From Octopus bimaculoides (Eukaryota), in the NCBI RefSeq assembly GCF_001194135.2, contig NC_068984.1:99228660-99261020 (forward strand): a DNA stretch of 32,361 bases, read 5' to 3'. Numbering within the stretch: the stretch's first letter is position 1; each line of letters opens with the position of its first letter. Of the stretch, positions 11,413 through 22,749 are shown piece by piece. The notes below the pieces were generated by a model that searched no databases, was not told the origin of the DNA, and saw only the letters and a list, made by a program, of their open reading frames with translations. The translations under genes were made by a program, and so were the position numbers.

Positions 11413-11629
11413 GTTTCAAATTTTGGCACAAGACCACCAACTTCGAAGGGGTGGAGATAAGTCAATTACATTGATCCCAGTACTCAACTGGTACTTATTT
11501 TATTGACCCCAAATGGGATGAAAGGTAAAGTTGTCCTCAGTGAAATTTGAACTCAAAATGTAAAGACAAATAGAATGCTGCTAAGCATTTTGCTTGGCAT
11601 GCTTACAATTCTACCAGCTCAGCACCCTG
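11413..11629 (-). mobile_element. SINE family B with 17-bp TSD
   Basis: GTTTCTACTAAATATTG is duplicated at 11396-11412 and 11630-11646. A/B-box-like head on the minus strand. Confidence 0.88.
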
Positions 11630-11659
11630 GTTTCTACTAAATATTGATGACCATAACAT

Positions 11660-12065
11660 TAGTATAAGGCCAAATATTTGAGGGAGAATTCAGTCAATCC
11701 CAATGACACCAGTTAATGACAATGACTGGTAATTCATTTTACCAAGCTTTGGAAGGATAAAACGCAAAGTTGACTGTGAGGGGATTTGAACTCAGAACAA
11801 TACACATTAGTTCTGATTAGAAGAATTTTTCAGAAACAATCATATAGCAAAACTGATAAAGAGCTAATAATCGTTTCTGATTTAGGCCCTAAGCCAGCAG
11901 TTTGCAAGTAGGAGGTACTTGATTACATCAATCCTGGTACTTGACTGCTACTTTATTTTATTAATACGAGATTTAGCAGGATTTGATATCAGAATACAAA
12001 AAAACTACAAGAAATACCAGAAGACATTCTTTCCCAATGCTCCAATGATCTTGCCAGCTTACCAC
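11660..12065 (-). mobile_element. Two further degenerate SINE family B copies (about 11660-11800 and 11865-12065)
   Basis: Diverged matches to the family B tail and core (GCAAAGTTGAC, GATTTGAACTCAG, TTGATTACATC). Confidence 0.55.
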
Positions 12066-12159
12066 CTTTCTTAATTTTAACTTTTGTTTTTCATTCAGAG
12101 GGTATCTCAGAGTAACACTTTCTTTAATATATTCTTATTTTCTTCACTAACCTATGGAT

Positions 12160-12372
12160 AATAATGGCTTCAAATTTTGGCACAAGGCTGGCAATTCCAA
12201 GGGAGGGGTTAAGTTGATTACATCGACCCCGTTGCTCAACTAGTACTTACTTTATTGGCCCCAAAAGGATAGAAGGCAAAGTCGACCACAGCAGAGTTTG
12301 GACGCAAAACTTAAAAACAGACGAATTGTTGCTAAGCATTTTGCCCAGTGGGCTAATGGTTCTACCAGCTCA
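12160..12372 (-). mobile_element. SINE family B, near full length
   Basis: GAGCTGGTAGAACC head and the family B core and tail. Confidence 0.85.
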
Positions 12373-12754
12373 GTAAATTGTAAACTTATGTATAATACTA
12401 AACATTTGTTTAGTGAATCTTTCATCATTACTTCAGCAAATATGGTGAAGTTTAATTCACTGAGGTCTAACATTTAAGGTTGTTTCCTTTGTTTCCCTTG
12501 AATAATTAAACAATATAAGTCATTAATTAATGTTGCCTATTCTTTACCACATAATTATTTCTGATTAACATTATAAATCTCTTACATTAAATATGTTAAC
12601 ACTAACTTAGGTATTGTTTTTCTTGTGGATGGTATCTGTAAGTCATTTATTCTCTAAAATATCTAATCTGTACATCTTTCACTATTTTATTCCACCTCTC
12701 TGAGATCCTAATCCAAATCCATTCTATGATAGGCCTTGATTTCTATCCACTTAC

Positions 12755-12976
12755 CTCTGATAAAATGGCCAAATTTTAACTATAGACATCAAATATTGCC
12801 TGGATAAAACCATGAAAATTTCCTGGGGGTCATTCTTCCTAACAGTGAGATAGTTAGATAAGCTGGAGCAGGGTTGTCTGATATGGAAGTTCTCCTCAAT
12901 AAAAGAGCTATATTGAAGAAAGCATGTCACTGGAATGTTCTCTGAAAACCCACCCAAGTTAACCATGTATTCACAA
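12755..12976 (-). CDS. Candidate 222-nt internal exon (phase 2-2) of an unidentified gene
   Basis: Pyrimidine tract plus NAGNAG acceptor (TTTTTTGTCTTTGAAGTAG), 73 open codons (CEYMVNLGGFSENIPVTCF...IVKIWPFYQ) and a consensus donor AG/GTAAGT, in sequence not recognised as a repeat. No homology recognised. Confidence 0.3.
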
Positions 12977-13690
12977 CTACTTCAAAGACAAAAAACAACC
13001 AGGTTGACTTTGCCAACAATTTAAGAACACCCTAAAGTGAGATATAAAAAACGCTGGATATCTACAGCTATCACCAAATTATGAACTGCATGAGGGTCAA
13101 AACTGGAACTAAGTACTCTTTTGTAAGAGAAACAAAGTTTAACCTTATTTTAGAAAGGGCTTTCTGTGAAAAGTCTTCCTGTCTGCATCATATGTGTATT
13201 TTGTTAAGTAAATTTCTCTAGGTATTTTTTCTTCAAAGTGGAGAGGGGTTTAAGATTTGGATGCCCACAAATCAATATCTTGTAAATATACATGAAAACA
13301 CTTGCATGTAATCAGTTTCTGTCTTTAACCTCCCTTGGCAGGTACAAAGAACATAACAATTGGTAAAAATCAACATGTTGAGAAAAAAGAAATGCATTCA
13401 CAATGTATGCCACTGATCATTATATTGCATCAATAAATTTCATCCAATTCACACAAGTATAATATCTTTTATGATGTTTTTCTTTTATATACAGGACTAA
13501 GTACATTTCATCAAAATCTCTGGTTTTTGACAGGATTGAGAAGTTTGTGAAAACTCTACAGGACTTGAATAGCTTAAACAGAATCACAGATGGCATTAAA
13601 ACAAAAAATTCAGAGTGCATGCAATAAAAGAAACCTACAGGTTCTAAATATAATTTCACTAGAGATGCATCCATGTTTCTTGCATTATAT

Positions 13691-13985
13691 CATCATCATC
13701 ATCGTTTAATGTCTGCTTTCCATGCTAGCATGGGTTGGACGATTTGACTGAGGACTGGTGAAACCGGATGGCAACACCAGGCTCCAATCTGATTTGGTAG
13801 AGTTTCTACAGCTGGATGCCCTTCCTAACACCAACCACTCAGAGAGTGTAGTGGGTGCTTTTACGTGTCACCCACACGAAGGCCAGTCAGGCGGTACTGG
13901 CAATGGCCACGCTCAAAATGGTGCATTTTATGTGCCACCCGCACAAGAGCCAGTCCAGAGGCACTGGCAACGATCTCACTCGAAA
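13691..13985 (-). mobile_element. RTE-type LINE 3' end
   Basis: GGAAGGGCATCCAGCTGTAGAAAC...CCCATGCTAGCATGGAAAG...(GAT)n. The same 3' UTR is attached to RTE coding sequence at 30140-31010. Confidence 0.82.
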
Positions 13986-14609
13986 ATTCTAAGAGTAAAT
14001 TGGTTGTCTTCAATTACACCAGTAAGTGAAGACAACTGATTTACTTAGAAAATTACTATTTTTAAAATCTCATGTTGTGAGATATTCAACAACAGTACTT
14101 TGTAGTAAAGATTATTTACCAACACAACACGGCAGTCCCGGTCCAGGACCAATGTTGCTGCAATTCAGCCCCAGGAGACACCACCCCCAGCCGGCTATAC
14201 GACACGATCTGTGTCCTTACAAATAATATGTGAGTATATGCATATATACTCACATACCTACATCTACATGTATATATAGATGCATATCTGGGTACAGGAC
14301 ACTGCACAAAAAAACGTGGACAAAATGAGAAACAGAACAAAAACAGAGCACAGAAAACACACAGGCCACATAGAGAACATTTCCTTCATCAGCTGCCACA
14401 ATTCTAAAACTAAGCGTTTGGAAGAGTTAGAGCATATATGAATGTATGTATGTAGATACACACACACGTATGCACACACACACACACATGCACACACACA
14501 CACACATCTCACTTTTCTTAGCAGGTGATGAGTGTGTAATCAGTATAAGAATGTTACTGCCTTTTGTACATGTTAGCATTACCACAACTTTTAAAACTGG
14601 AAATCTGTC

Positions 14610-15052
14610 AAAACAAGCAGAAAATTTAGGAAAACGATTCATTTATCTTTCCATAAGTCATTCAATTTTAGCCAAATTTGTGCGAAAACCACTTTCAGCT
14701 GACCAAAACGACACTCGGGTTTCAATTGCACAAGATCTCCTTGATTGTGTTGAGAATGATGAAAACTTTTTAAAAACTTTGCATAGGCCTCTGAGCAGGT
14801 ATCACCAAGTTTTAGCAAACTTTGATGCAGATTCTCTGTCCAAATTTCTCTGTCATGGTCAATACAACAATCAAATGCTATACACGTTGCTTCCAAGCAG
14901 TGCTGTAAACAGTGGAAGTGAGCTAGAATGTTAAAACTTAGCACGCATACACAGCAGAATTCAAGGTCAATCTATGCCAAGCAGCTTCACTCTGTGTGCT
15001 TTATCTTTGTAACTATGGCAACAGTCTGGATACTTATTGATCAGACCATGTG
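14610..15052. mobile_element. Rearranged mariner-type remnant
   Basis: Minus strand 14779-15052: TIR-like CATGGTCTGATCAATAAGTATCCAGACTG and N-terminus MTEKFGQRICIKVC(fs)LGDTCSEAYAK. Plus strand about 14610-14778: AKFVRKPLSADQNDTRVSIAQDLLDCVENDENFLKT, the segment that precedes the first catalytic D in mariner transposases. Confidence 0.75.
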
Positions 15053-15249
15053 TATGTGTGTGTATGTATATGTATATATATTTCTGTGAGAGTTAGAGGT
15101 TGGGAAACCAAGCAACTAAGGGATAGTGCTTATCCAATATACTACTGGTAGTGTATTCAGTTATTTATACCCAAATACTAGTTATTGCATGGCAATCTCG
15201 CAATTGAGTGTCATATATAGGCAGGGGTAAAAAGTGGTTCCCTAATTTA

Positions 15250-15350
15250 TACGGCAAATAAGAAAATGAAGAGGATACAAAATGACATGTATCATCCGGT
15301 AGACATTCCAGTGTGTCTATTTATTCCAAAGCATTAGAAAGTATTAGAAA
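15250..15350 (+). repeat. Left arm of a long-range inverted repeat (partner 17447-17530)
   Basis: GCAAATAAGAAAATG...CATCCGGTAGACATTCCAG...GCATTAGAAAGTATTAGAA recurs in reverse complement at 17447-17530, where about 19 nt are missing. Confidence 0.8.
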
Positions 15351-16989
15351 AAAACATAAACATGTAGTAACTATGCATTACACACACATGTATTAATATT
15401 ACAGAAAAGAGCAAAAAGTCAGTTCCTTACGGCCGCTTCTGCCAAGAGGCAACAAAATCCTCCAATGCCATCTCCATCTCTTCAGTGTTCTGAAGGGATG
15501 GGAAGATAAAGTTTGGATGATGAGTGTGCCTCTAGGCTTCTTCAGAGGGTCCAAGTGGCTAGGAGGGCTAATGCATATAATAAACAGTTAACAATAGGTA
15601 CAGTGTGTTTGTCATTATTGAAAGGGCAGAAAAAGAATAGGAGCAAACATGAGGTTGTGAGAGAAGTACAACTTAATAAAATGAATTAGGTAGAGGAAGG
15701 GGAAATAAGCTACAAACTTCTCGTGATGTAATCCAGGATCCATATTACTTCATCCAATGGTGGATAGGTGAGTATAGTCGTTCTTGGGAGGAGTTTTTAG
15801 GAAGGGTGAATTTAGGCAGTAGTTTGCATTATGTTTACATAGAAATTCACATTATATTTACATAGAAATACAGTGGTGGATTTGAAGGTATGGTCCGTGT
15901 TACAGAAGTGAAAGTTCATATGTAAAGTGCCAGCTAGTAGGTGCAACATTTTGGATGGTATGGCATAATCAGCCTATGATGGGAAAATTTGATATATAAT
16001 TGTACTAATGAGAGTAAGGAATCAGGTGGTGACTAAAGTGCGGTGTTAGTGTTCGTTATTTTTGCTGATCAACAAGTCTCTGAATCCCTATATGTAGTGA
16101 GGTGGGGGTTATGGTCAGTTCTACAACCTAATTGGTCAGGTTATTTTTTTGAAAACCATGACATGGTTCTGGTTCGTTGATGGTTAACAGATAAGAAAAA
16201 AGCAAATCAAATATATATATAAACCATTGCCAGTATGGGCAAGTGGAAGAGCAAAATAGAATTTAAAACAAGTAAATAAGTAAGTGCAATACTGAGATAA
16301 TAGGACAAAGGGAAGAAGATCCTAAAGGACAGCATAAGAAAAGTAAAAGAGTATAAACGTATAAGAATATAAAAATATAGAATAGATATCTATCTATCGG
16401 GGGAATCTACTGTATATGGTTAAATGTAATATAGGAGCTGGACAGGGGATTCATTGTTGTTGGAAGGCAGAAGAAAGAGGATTTCATGAATAGAGACAAA
16501 AGTGGACAGTACCGGAAGGGCAGTGGTTGTTTGTTTTGCTAACTCATAGTTATTCAGTGCTAAAAATTATACTAATATAATATATAGAATAATATATATA
16601 AAGTATTAGAGGAATGGCACTGTGCTATAGTATCAAAATTATTAAGTTAAGTGTTTTATTTAAAAGGGGTAGTCTGAAGAAAATGCTTACATGGATATAC
16701 GTATATACCGCTATCGGTAATTCAGTGTATAGCTAAAGTGGGTAACCTGAGTATTTCTAGCTACTTAAATTAATTAATTAACTCCATATTGGAATAATAC
16801 TCAATTTAGGTCTAAGGGTAGAGGTAATATCAGTTGCAGATTGGAGGTATTTGTGTTCTGGTAAGGATATGGATTACGATGCTTTAGGTAGTTTTAGCTA
16901 TAGTAAATTGCATTATATTATACTCAGTTATCTGATTGTATATAATAGTTTATATTTATAATTCAAGCTAGTGGACAGTGTACTATATT

Positions 16990-17005
16990 ATCATCATCAT
17001 CATCA

Positions 17006-17042
<37 letters not shown>

Positions 17043-17043
17043 C
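16990..17043. repeat. (CAT)n(TAT)n microsatellite
   Basis: Directly visible. Confidence 0.9.
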
Positions 17044-17446
17044 ACTCTGCTCATTTCTAGGGTTCATTTTAATTACTAGGTGCAAGTATGTATGATGAAC
17101 TAGTCCCGCATGTATTTACTAAAGGTTCATAAGGTTCATAAGAGAGGGGTTCCTAGCCACAGTGTATAAGCCATATTTATGTAGAGTATTCCTAGTAGGA
17201 GTATGGAGTAACATACCATTGGTAGACAAAAATAATGGGTATTACTATCTGTACATGTCTATACTCATACTCCAGCAATCATACATACAGATATATCTAC
17301 AGACCCACAATGCTCCTATACTAATACTAATCAGGTATATATTCACACCCATATTCATGTATGTACACCATTATATACATGAAAATCCATACTGGCCCTT
17401 ACCTACATCCTTATCTCCACACATGTGCACACATGTATATATCCAT

Positions 17447-17530
17447 TTTCTTCTAATACTTTCTAATGCTGGAATGTCTACCGGATGATGTATGTCGTTT
17501 TGTATACTCTCCATTTTCTTATTTGCTATA
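17447..17530 (-). repeat. Right arm of a long-range inverted repeat (partner 15250-15350)
   Basis: Reverse complement of 15250-15350 with an internal deletion. Confidence 0.8.
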
Positions 17531-18061
17531 TGTATATATATATATATATATATAAATATATCAGAGGCAACTCTAGGCTATTAGCACCACTCGGGCTCAT
17601 CACAGATTTCACATAAGACACGAACCTGTTCAAAGAATTTCACATTTTCCCACTTTATTTCTAGCCCCCAATGGCTTATTTTTTATATATCTTGCATTAT
17701 GTCTTTCTCCATTTCTAAGTGAAGGGTAAAAATAAAGCAACACTGCAAAACCCAACTGATCTTCACACACAGATGCACAGAATAACAGCAATTAGATAAT
17801 CACAGTGGAGTGCACAACAAACATCAGCAATCTGACTGTCGCCTATACTCTTGACAAGAGATGCCAGTTAGTCTTTTACACCTGCCAGGCTAGTTCGTAT
17901 TAGCCTGAATTGTTGGATAATTTTTTGTTCCTTTAAGAATATTGCAGAACGGAAACTTTTCATCATAGATTAGAATTTAAATCCTAATCTCTACTGAAAT
18001 TTATTGTTTCAAGAAAACATTGAATTTGAATTACTTGTAATTTCTACGATTATAGATAACA

Positions 18062-18337
18062 ACTCGGGCTGTAACTTCTGAGCCCAAGTCAGGCGCGTGT
18101 GAATGATGTCGAGAGAGCGTCTGCTAAGAATGATATTTTTTGACATGGGGCACCTCTAAGACGACCACCAGATGCTGAACGAAAATAAATGAACTGCGAC
18201 CAGGCTCAATAAAAGGCACCTCAGTTATTAGTTGCAATTACATACTTGAAGTCAGTGTTGGCAGAAATTAAATCAGCTTGCAAATACACATTTACTGTAC
18301 TAAATTTATACTTGGGCTAAGCCCGAACAGCCCGAGT
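18062..18337. mobile_element. Candidate MITE with bipartite 28-bp terminal inverted repeats
   Basis: ACTCGGGCTGT-N8-AGCCCAAGT at 18062-18089 is mirrored at 18310-18337. No TSD seen. Confidence 0.45.
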
Positions 18338-18368
18338 GAAGGAGTCACCACTGATATATATATATATA

Positions 18369-19021
18369 TGATGGGCTTCTTTCAGTTTTCATCTGCTAAA
18401 TCCATCCACAAGGCTTTGATCATCTTGAGGCTATAGTAGAAGACACTTGCCCATGGTGCCACGCAGTGGGACTGAACTGAGCACCATGTGGTTGGGAAGT
18501 AAGCTTTTTTATTTCTTTATTGCCCACAAGGGGCCAAACATAGAGGGGACAAACAAGGACAGACAAAGGGATTAAGTCAATTACATCGACTCCAGTGCAT
18601 AGCTGGTACTTAATTTATCGACCCCGAAAGGCTGAAAGGCAAAGTCGACCTTGGCGGAATTTGAACTCACAACGTAGCGGCAGACAAAATACCACTAAGC
18701 ATTTCGCCCAGCATGCTAACGATTCTGCCAGCTCGCTGCCGGGAAGTAAGCTTCTTATTTCTTTATTGCCCACAAGGGGCTAAACATAGAGGGGACAAAC
18801 AAGGACAGACAAAGGGATTAAGCCGATTATATCAACCCCAGTGCGTAACTGGTACTTAATTTATCGACCTGGAAAGGATGAAAGGCAAAGTCGACCTCGA
18901 CGGAATTTGAACTCAGAATGTAACGGCAGACGAAATACCCCTAAGCATTTCGCCCAGCGTGCTAACGTTTCTGCCAGCTCGCCGGGAAGTAAGCTTCTTA
19001 CCACATGGCCACACCTGCACC
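18369..19021 (-). mobile_element. SINE family A interrupted by two tandem SINE family B insertions
   Basis: Host SINE at 18369-18506 and 18984-19021. Inserts at about 18507-18740 and 18757-18983, with A-box TGGCAGAA and B-box GAGTTCAAATTCC. Target GGGAAGTAAGCTT is present at 18494, 18741 and 18984. Confidence 0.92.
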
Positions 19022-19074
19022 TATGGTATTCTTCAAAATATTTATTTTTGTCTTTAGTATATGAGTGTATGTAA

Positions 19075-19255
19075 GGTGGTAAGCTGGCAGAATTGTTAAC
19101 ATATCAGAAAAAATACTTAGTGGCATTTCATGTCTTTACATTCTAAGACCAAATGCCATCGTGGTCACTTTTGTCTTTCATACTTTCGAGGTCATTAAAA
19201 TAAGTACCGGTTGAGCACTGGGGTCGATGTAATCGACTTATGTTCTTCCCTAAAA
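19075..19255 (+). mobile_element. SINE family B
   Basis: AGCTGGCAGAATTGTT head and AAATAAGTACCGGTTGAGCACTGGGGTCGATGTAATCGAC core. Confidence 0.8.
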
Positions 19256-19442
19256 GTTGAAATCAATATATGTGTGTATGAGTGTGGTTGTGTATGTTTT
19301 CTTATATTATATGCATGTACGACAGTTTTTAGATCAGGCACACTCTTTCTGCATGGTCAGAAGGGGTAATGCTAAAAAGGTGGCATTAGGAAGACTTTCT
19401 CAAAAGTCCTATTCAACCACGTGAGTATAGCAGAGTAGCTAA

Positions 19443-19498
19443 AGGATGATGATGATGGTAATAATGATGATGATGACGCTGATGCTGACAATGACAAC

Positions 19499-19537
<39 letters not shown>

Positions 19538-19632
19538 AACAATGAAGATGATGATGATGATAATGGTGATGGTGATGGTGATGATGACAACAACAATGAC
19601 GATGATGATGATGACAATGATAATCATGATAT
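19443..19632. repeat. Imperfect (GAT)n microsatellite
   Basis: Directly visible; source of the poly-M/H/I/S ORFs. Confidence 0.95.
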
Positions 19633-19996
19633 ATTAATTCAAGGAAGTTACAGCTCTCAGCAACACAGCTCAGTGATGCCATCAGTTGTTGTCACTAAGG
19701 GTTTGATGTCTGATATTTGGTACTTTTGAAACTCTGAGTAACCTAATATTTGAATAGGACTTTATAAATACATACACATACAAGTACACATACAGAGTCA
19801 CACAAACATGCTCGTACGCACACACACACATTAATTTATTAATATCTGAGTTCATAGATTCACAAATCAATTTCAATCATTTTAGTTTCCTGAGAATTTC
19901 ATGAAAATAAATCTGAATGTTATAAATATGATTAAACAAATTTACAACCCACAAAGCTTTATTCACTTTTTGAGGTCAACATGATTACATGACTGA

Positions 19997-20340
19997 ATCA
20001 ACCTCCTCCTCCTCATCATTATCTCTACCGTTGTCATCTTCATCATCATCATCGTCATCATCATCATCATTGTCATCATCACCACCATCATTGTCATCCT
20101 TATCCTTTTAATATCTGTTTTCCATGCTGGCATGTGTTGGTTTTAGTTGTCACAGTCTGAGTGAGTTCCTATTTAGAATTACTACCCTCCTAGAGGGGTT
20201 AGGCACCTCATCTTTTTTGTAAATCTTATTTTTGTGAAGATTTACATAGCAGAATACCTTTCTAAATGCCAAACACTTTACCAGATGTATTGAGTGCCTT
20301 TTCTTTTATAGCCTCAGCACTAGATGCAATGCCATGTCCT
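19997..20340 (-). mobile_element. (CAT)n tail plus degenerate RTE-type 3' end
   Basis: TTTCCATGCTGGCATG follows the (CAT)n run, and a diverged match to the RTE 3' UTR lies at about 20240-20330. Confidence 0.5.
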
Positions 20341-20614
20341 CAGTAAGATTAAAGAATCCTCTCAACTCCATAGTTTTTCCATGTGGTCACCAACTACTTT
20401 ATAAAGTATTCTGGGTACATTCTACTGTTGTTCCAGCAATATCAGGTGCAAACACATATTCATTTTATTAAAAGTTTTAGGTTTTCATCAATGGAAGTTA
20501 AATTAAATAAGTACTGGGGTCAGTTGATTCAACTAAATGTTCTGAACAAGTAAAAGAGACAAAAAAGAAAAAAGAAGTTTATTGTTATGTCTATTGGCAA
20601 TATTTTACATATAT

Positions 20615-21626
20615 TTACAATTCAAAATGGCCACCCTTTGCTTTTTGCATAGTCCTTAATCTGGGCTATGCTAAAAGTGCCTGACTTCTTCCCCCACCTG
20701 TTTATTCAGATTGCACCACAACATCTTAAGAGCTACTTTCTGATCTGGCATGCTGGAATATGAGATGTGTGAAACATCAATCTCCAATATGGGCCATATT
20801 GCAAAATCCATAGGTTAGGTATCAGGGCTTGATGGAAACCAAATAAACTTGTCAAAAATACATGAAAAGGTCTCTCAGACCAATTCTGCTTTAGAATAGT
20901 TGTGTACAGTAGGAGCTCCATCTTGAATGAAGACATCATGACTTCCAAAATATGGCTGGTGCCCAAGGCAACATATCTCTCTCCAACATTTGCTGGTAAA
21001 TTCTGCTATTCATTTTAAACTTCTTCATTGTATCCCATGACGATTTTGAACCATCAGAGGCAACAGTAACCCAAACCCAAACCCAGTTGGTTTCTGTCAC
21101 CTGAAATGTAGGGGATGTTTTCTGGTGAAGCAGTATAAATTCTATTGCTTTAGTTGTTGACTAAGTCTCCACCGAGAAGAACTTTTCAACTGACCAAATG
21201 AAGACTTGTCTGTGGCACAATATATTGCCTTCAATATTTTCTTTCCTCTATAAAGCCATTTTTGCTTGGAGGTACTTGAGAGCAACTGTCATCATTGAAT
21301 CTTTTGTGGTTTAGCCCTAAACCCTCTTTCACAATAAATCTTGTAAGGTATAGCCCTAAATCCTCTTTAATGACTCATCTGAAATATTCAGATCTTTTAC
21401 TAAGTTCCTTGTGCTCCTTTATGGATTTCCCTTCACCATCTTATTGACAGGTTCAATGATTTTCCTGGCATGAACTGAACAGTTTCTTCTTGGTATTGGA
21501 TTTAGTGAGGTTGTTTGCACCTTTTGAAACTTTTTCTACACATTAAAAACAGTTTTTCTTCACCTCAAAGTTCTTTATACCTGCCGTTTTCAGTGCAGCA
21601 ATTTCTTCACATATTGTTTGCACCAT
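20615..21626 (-). pseudogene. DD37D (maT) transposase, full-span but disabled
   Basis: ATG at 21626 (MVQTICEEIAALKTAG). FIQDGAP is followed exactly 37 codons later by D in WFPSSPDT*PMDFAIW, and the frame ends GGHFEL* (20615-20617). Many stops and frameshifts. TIRs not identified. Confidence 0.9.
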
Positions 21627-22124
21627 TATATTCAATTAAGGATAAACAAAAAAACAAAAGAATGTTAAGAAGTGTTGTATAACATTTGCAACTATTTTCT
21701 CAAATATAATTTTTTCTATTTATGTTTGAATAATGGGTAAATATATATGTTATATTTGGCACCAAGGTTGTCTTTATCTCTTCAGGACTGAAGAGTCATT
21801 GCTTGCTTAAATCAGTGTGACTGACAGGGTGAATATAAAAGAGAAAGGGAAATGATGTGCTAGGGTGAGAGAGTATGATGAGTGAAACAAGGATAAGAGT
21901 AAAAGGGTTATAGAGACAGGAGAGTAATGGAAGAGACACAGTGTTGGCACCTACATGCTGCTTGCTGGTTTGGAAACAGAGAAATGCAGCATAATACAGA
22001 AGAGAAAGATAGAGAATGATGGAAGAGGGTGCAATGAAAGTGAGGACAAGCGATAAGAGAGAGAGAGGTATATCAACCATATGTGATATGGAAAGTAGTG
22101 TGCATGTGTGAATGTGTGTGTGTA

Positions 22125-22130
<6 letters not shown>

Positions 22131-22208
<78 letters not shown>
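22131..22208. repeat. (GA)n microsatellite
   Basis: Directly visible. Confidence 0.95.
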
Positions 22209-22210
<2 letters not shown>

Positions 22211-22681
22211 GGATAGTTGTAAAGATGTTGAAACCTATAAATCTATGCATTTCCAAATTAATAAATTTATCTCTACTTGCTGAAGTATTGAGTACATAGT
22301 TTGTTGCTACAAAGAATCATATCTTATAAATGTGCGTGTTTGTGTATGTATGTGTGTGTGTGTGTGTGTGTGCATGCATGTATATGCATATATTTCTATA
22401 AATGTGTGTGTATTGAAAGAAAGAGAATGAGATATGGACATAAATATAAGTTTATATACCTATATATAGCATTCTTATCATGGAGCAAGAAGCAACTATT
22501 TACATCAGACTTTTGCTAATGCTTACCAATTATATACCATTAATGAATAAAGACAGAAATTCATATTCTCATATTCTAGGCCAATTTTACTCCCAGTCAG
22601 CTGGATTTTGGCATTGATTTACATTCAGATGATATGACATTTGAATACATATTTAATTTATTATGGCCTCAAAGAAATTCG

Positions 22682-22703
22682 TTATTATTATTATTATTAT
22701 TAC

Positions 22704-22742
<39 letters not shown>

Positions 22743-22748
22743 TACTAC
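22682..22748. repeat. (TTA)n microsatellite
   Basis: Directly visible. Confidence 0.95.
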
Positions 22749-22749
22749 T

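Noticed and set aside
13495-13627. Possible plus-strand terminal exon (TKYISSKSLVFDRIEKFVKTLQDLN...MQ*) with AATAAA at the stop
   Set aside because: No upstream partner exon or recognisable homology, and an antisense ORF of similar size overlaps it. Compatible with chance.
14375-14425. CTGATGA on the minus strand followed by AGGAA, as a possible hammerhead
   Set aside because: No correctly placed GAAA and no consistent stem I or III.
14446-14934. 162-aa plus-strand ORF
   Set aside because: A chimera of a (CA)n tract, a mariner mid-fragment and the antisense of a mariner 5' end.
15465-15550. Two CTGAAGA motifs on the minus strand
   Set aside because: The GAAA and NUH elements are absent or heavily degenerate. 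At most pLTR relics.
19372-19682. Poly-S/H/I/M ORFs, and similar YI/CV/TH/RE/LLL ORFs throughout the window
   Set aside because: Translations of microsatellites.
21778-21795. 8-bp inverted repeat CTCTTCAG-GA-CTGAAGAG containing CTGAAGA
   Set aside because: Too short, and no downstream GAAA or stems on either strand.
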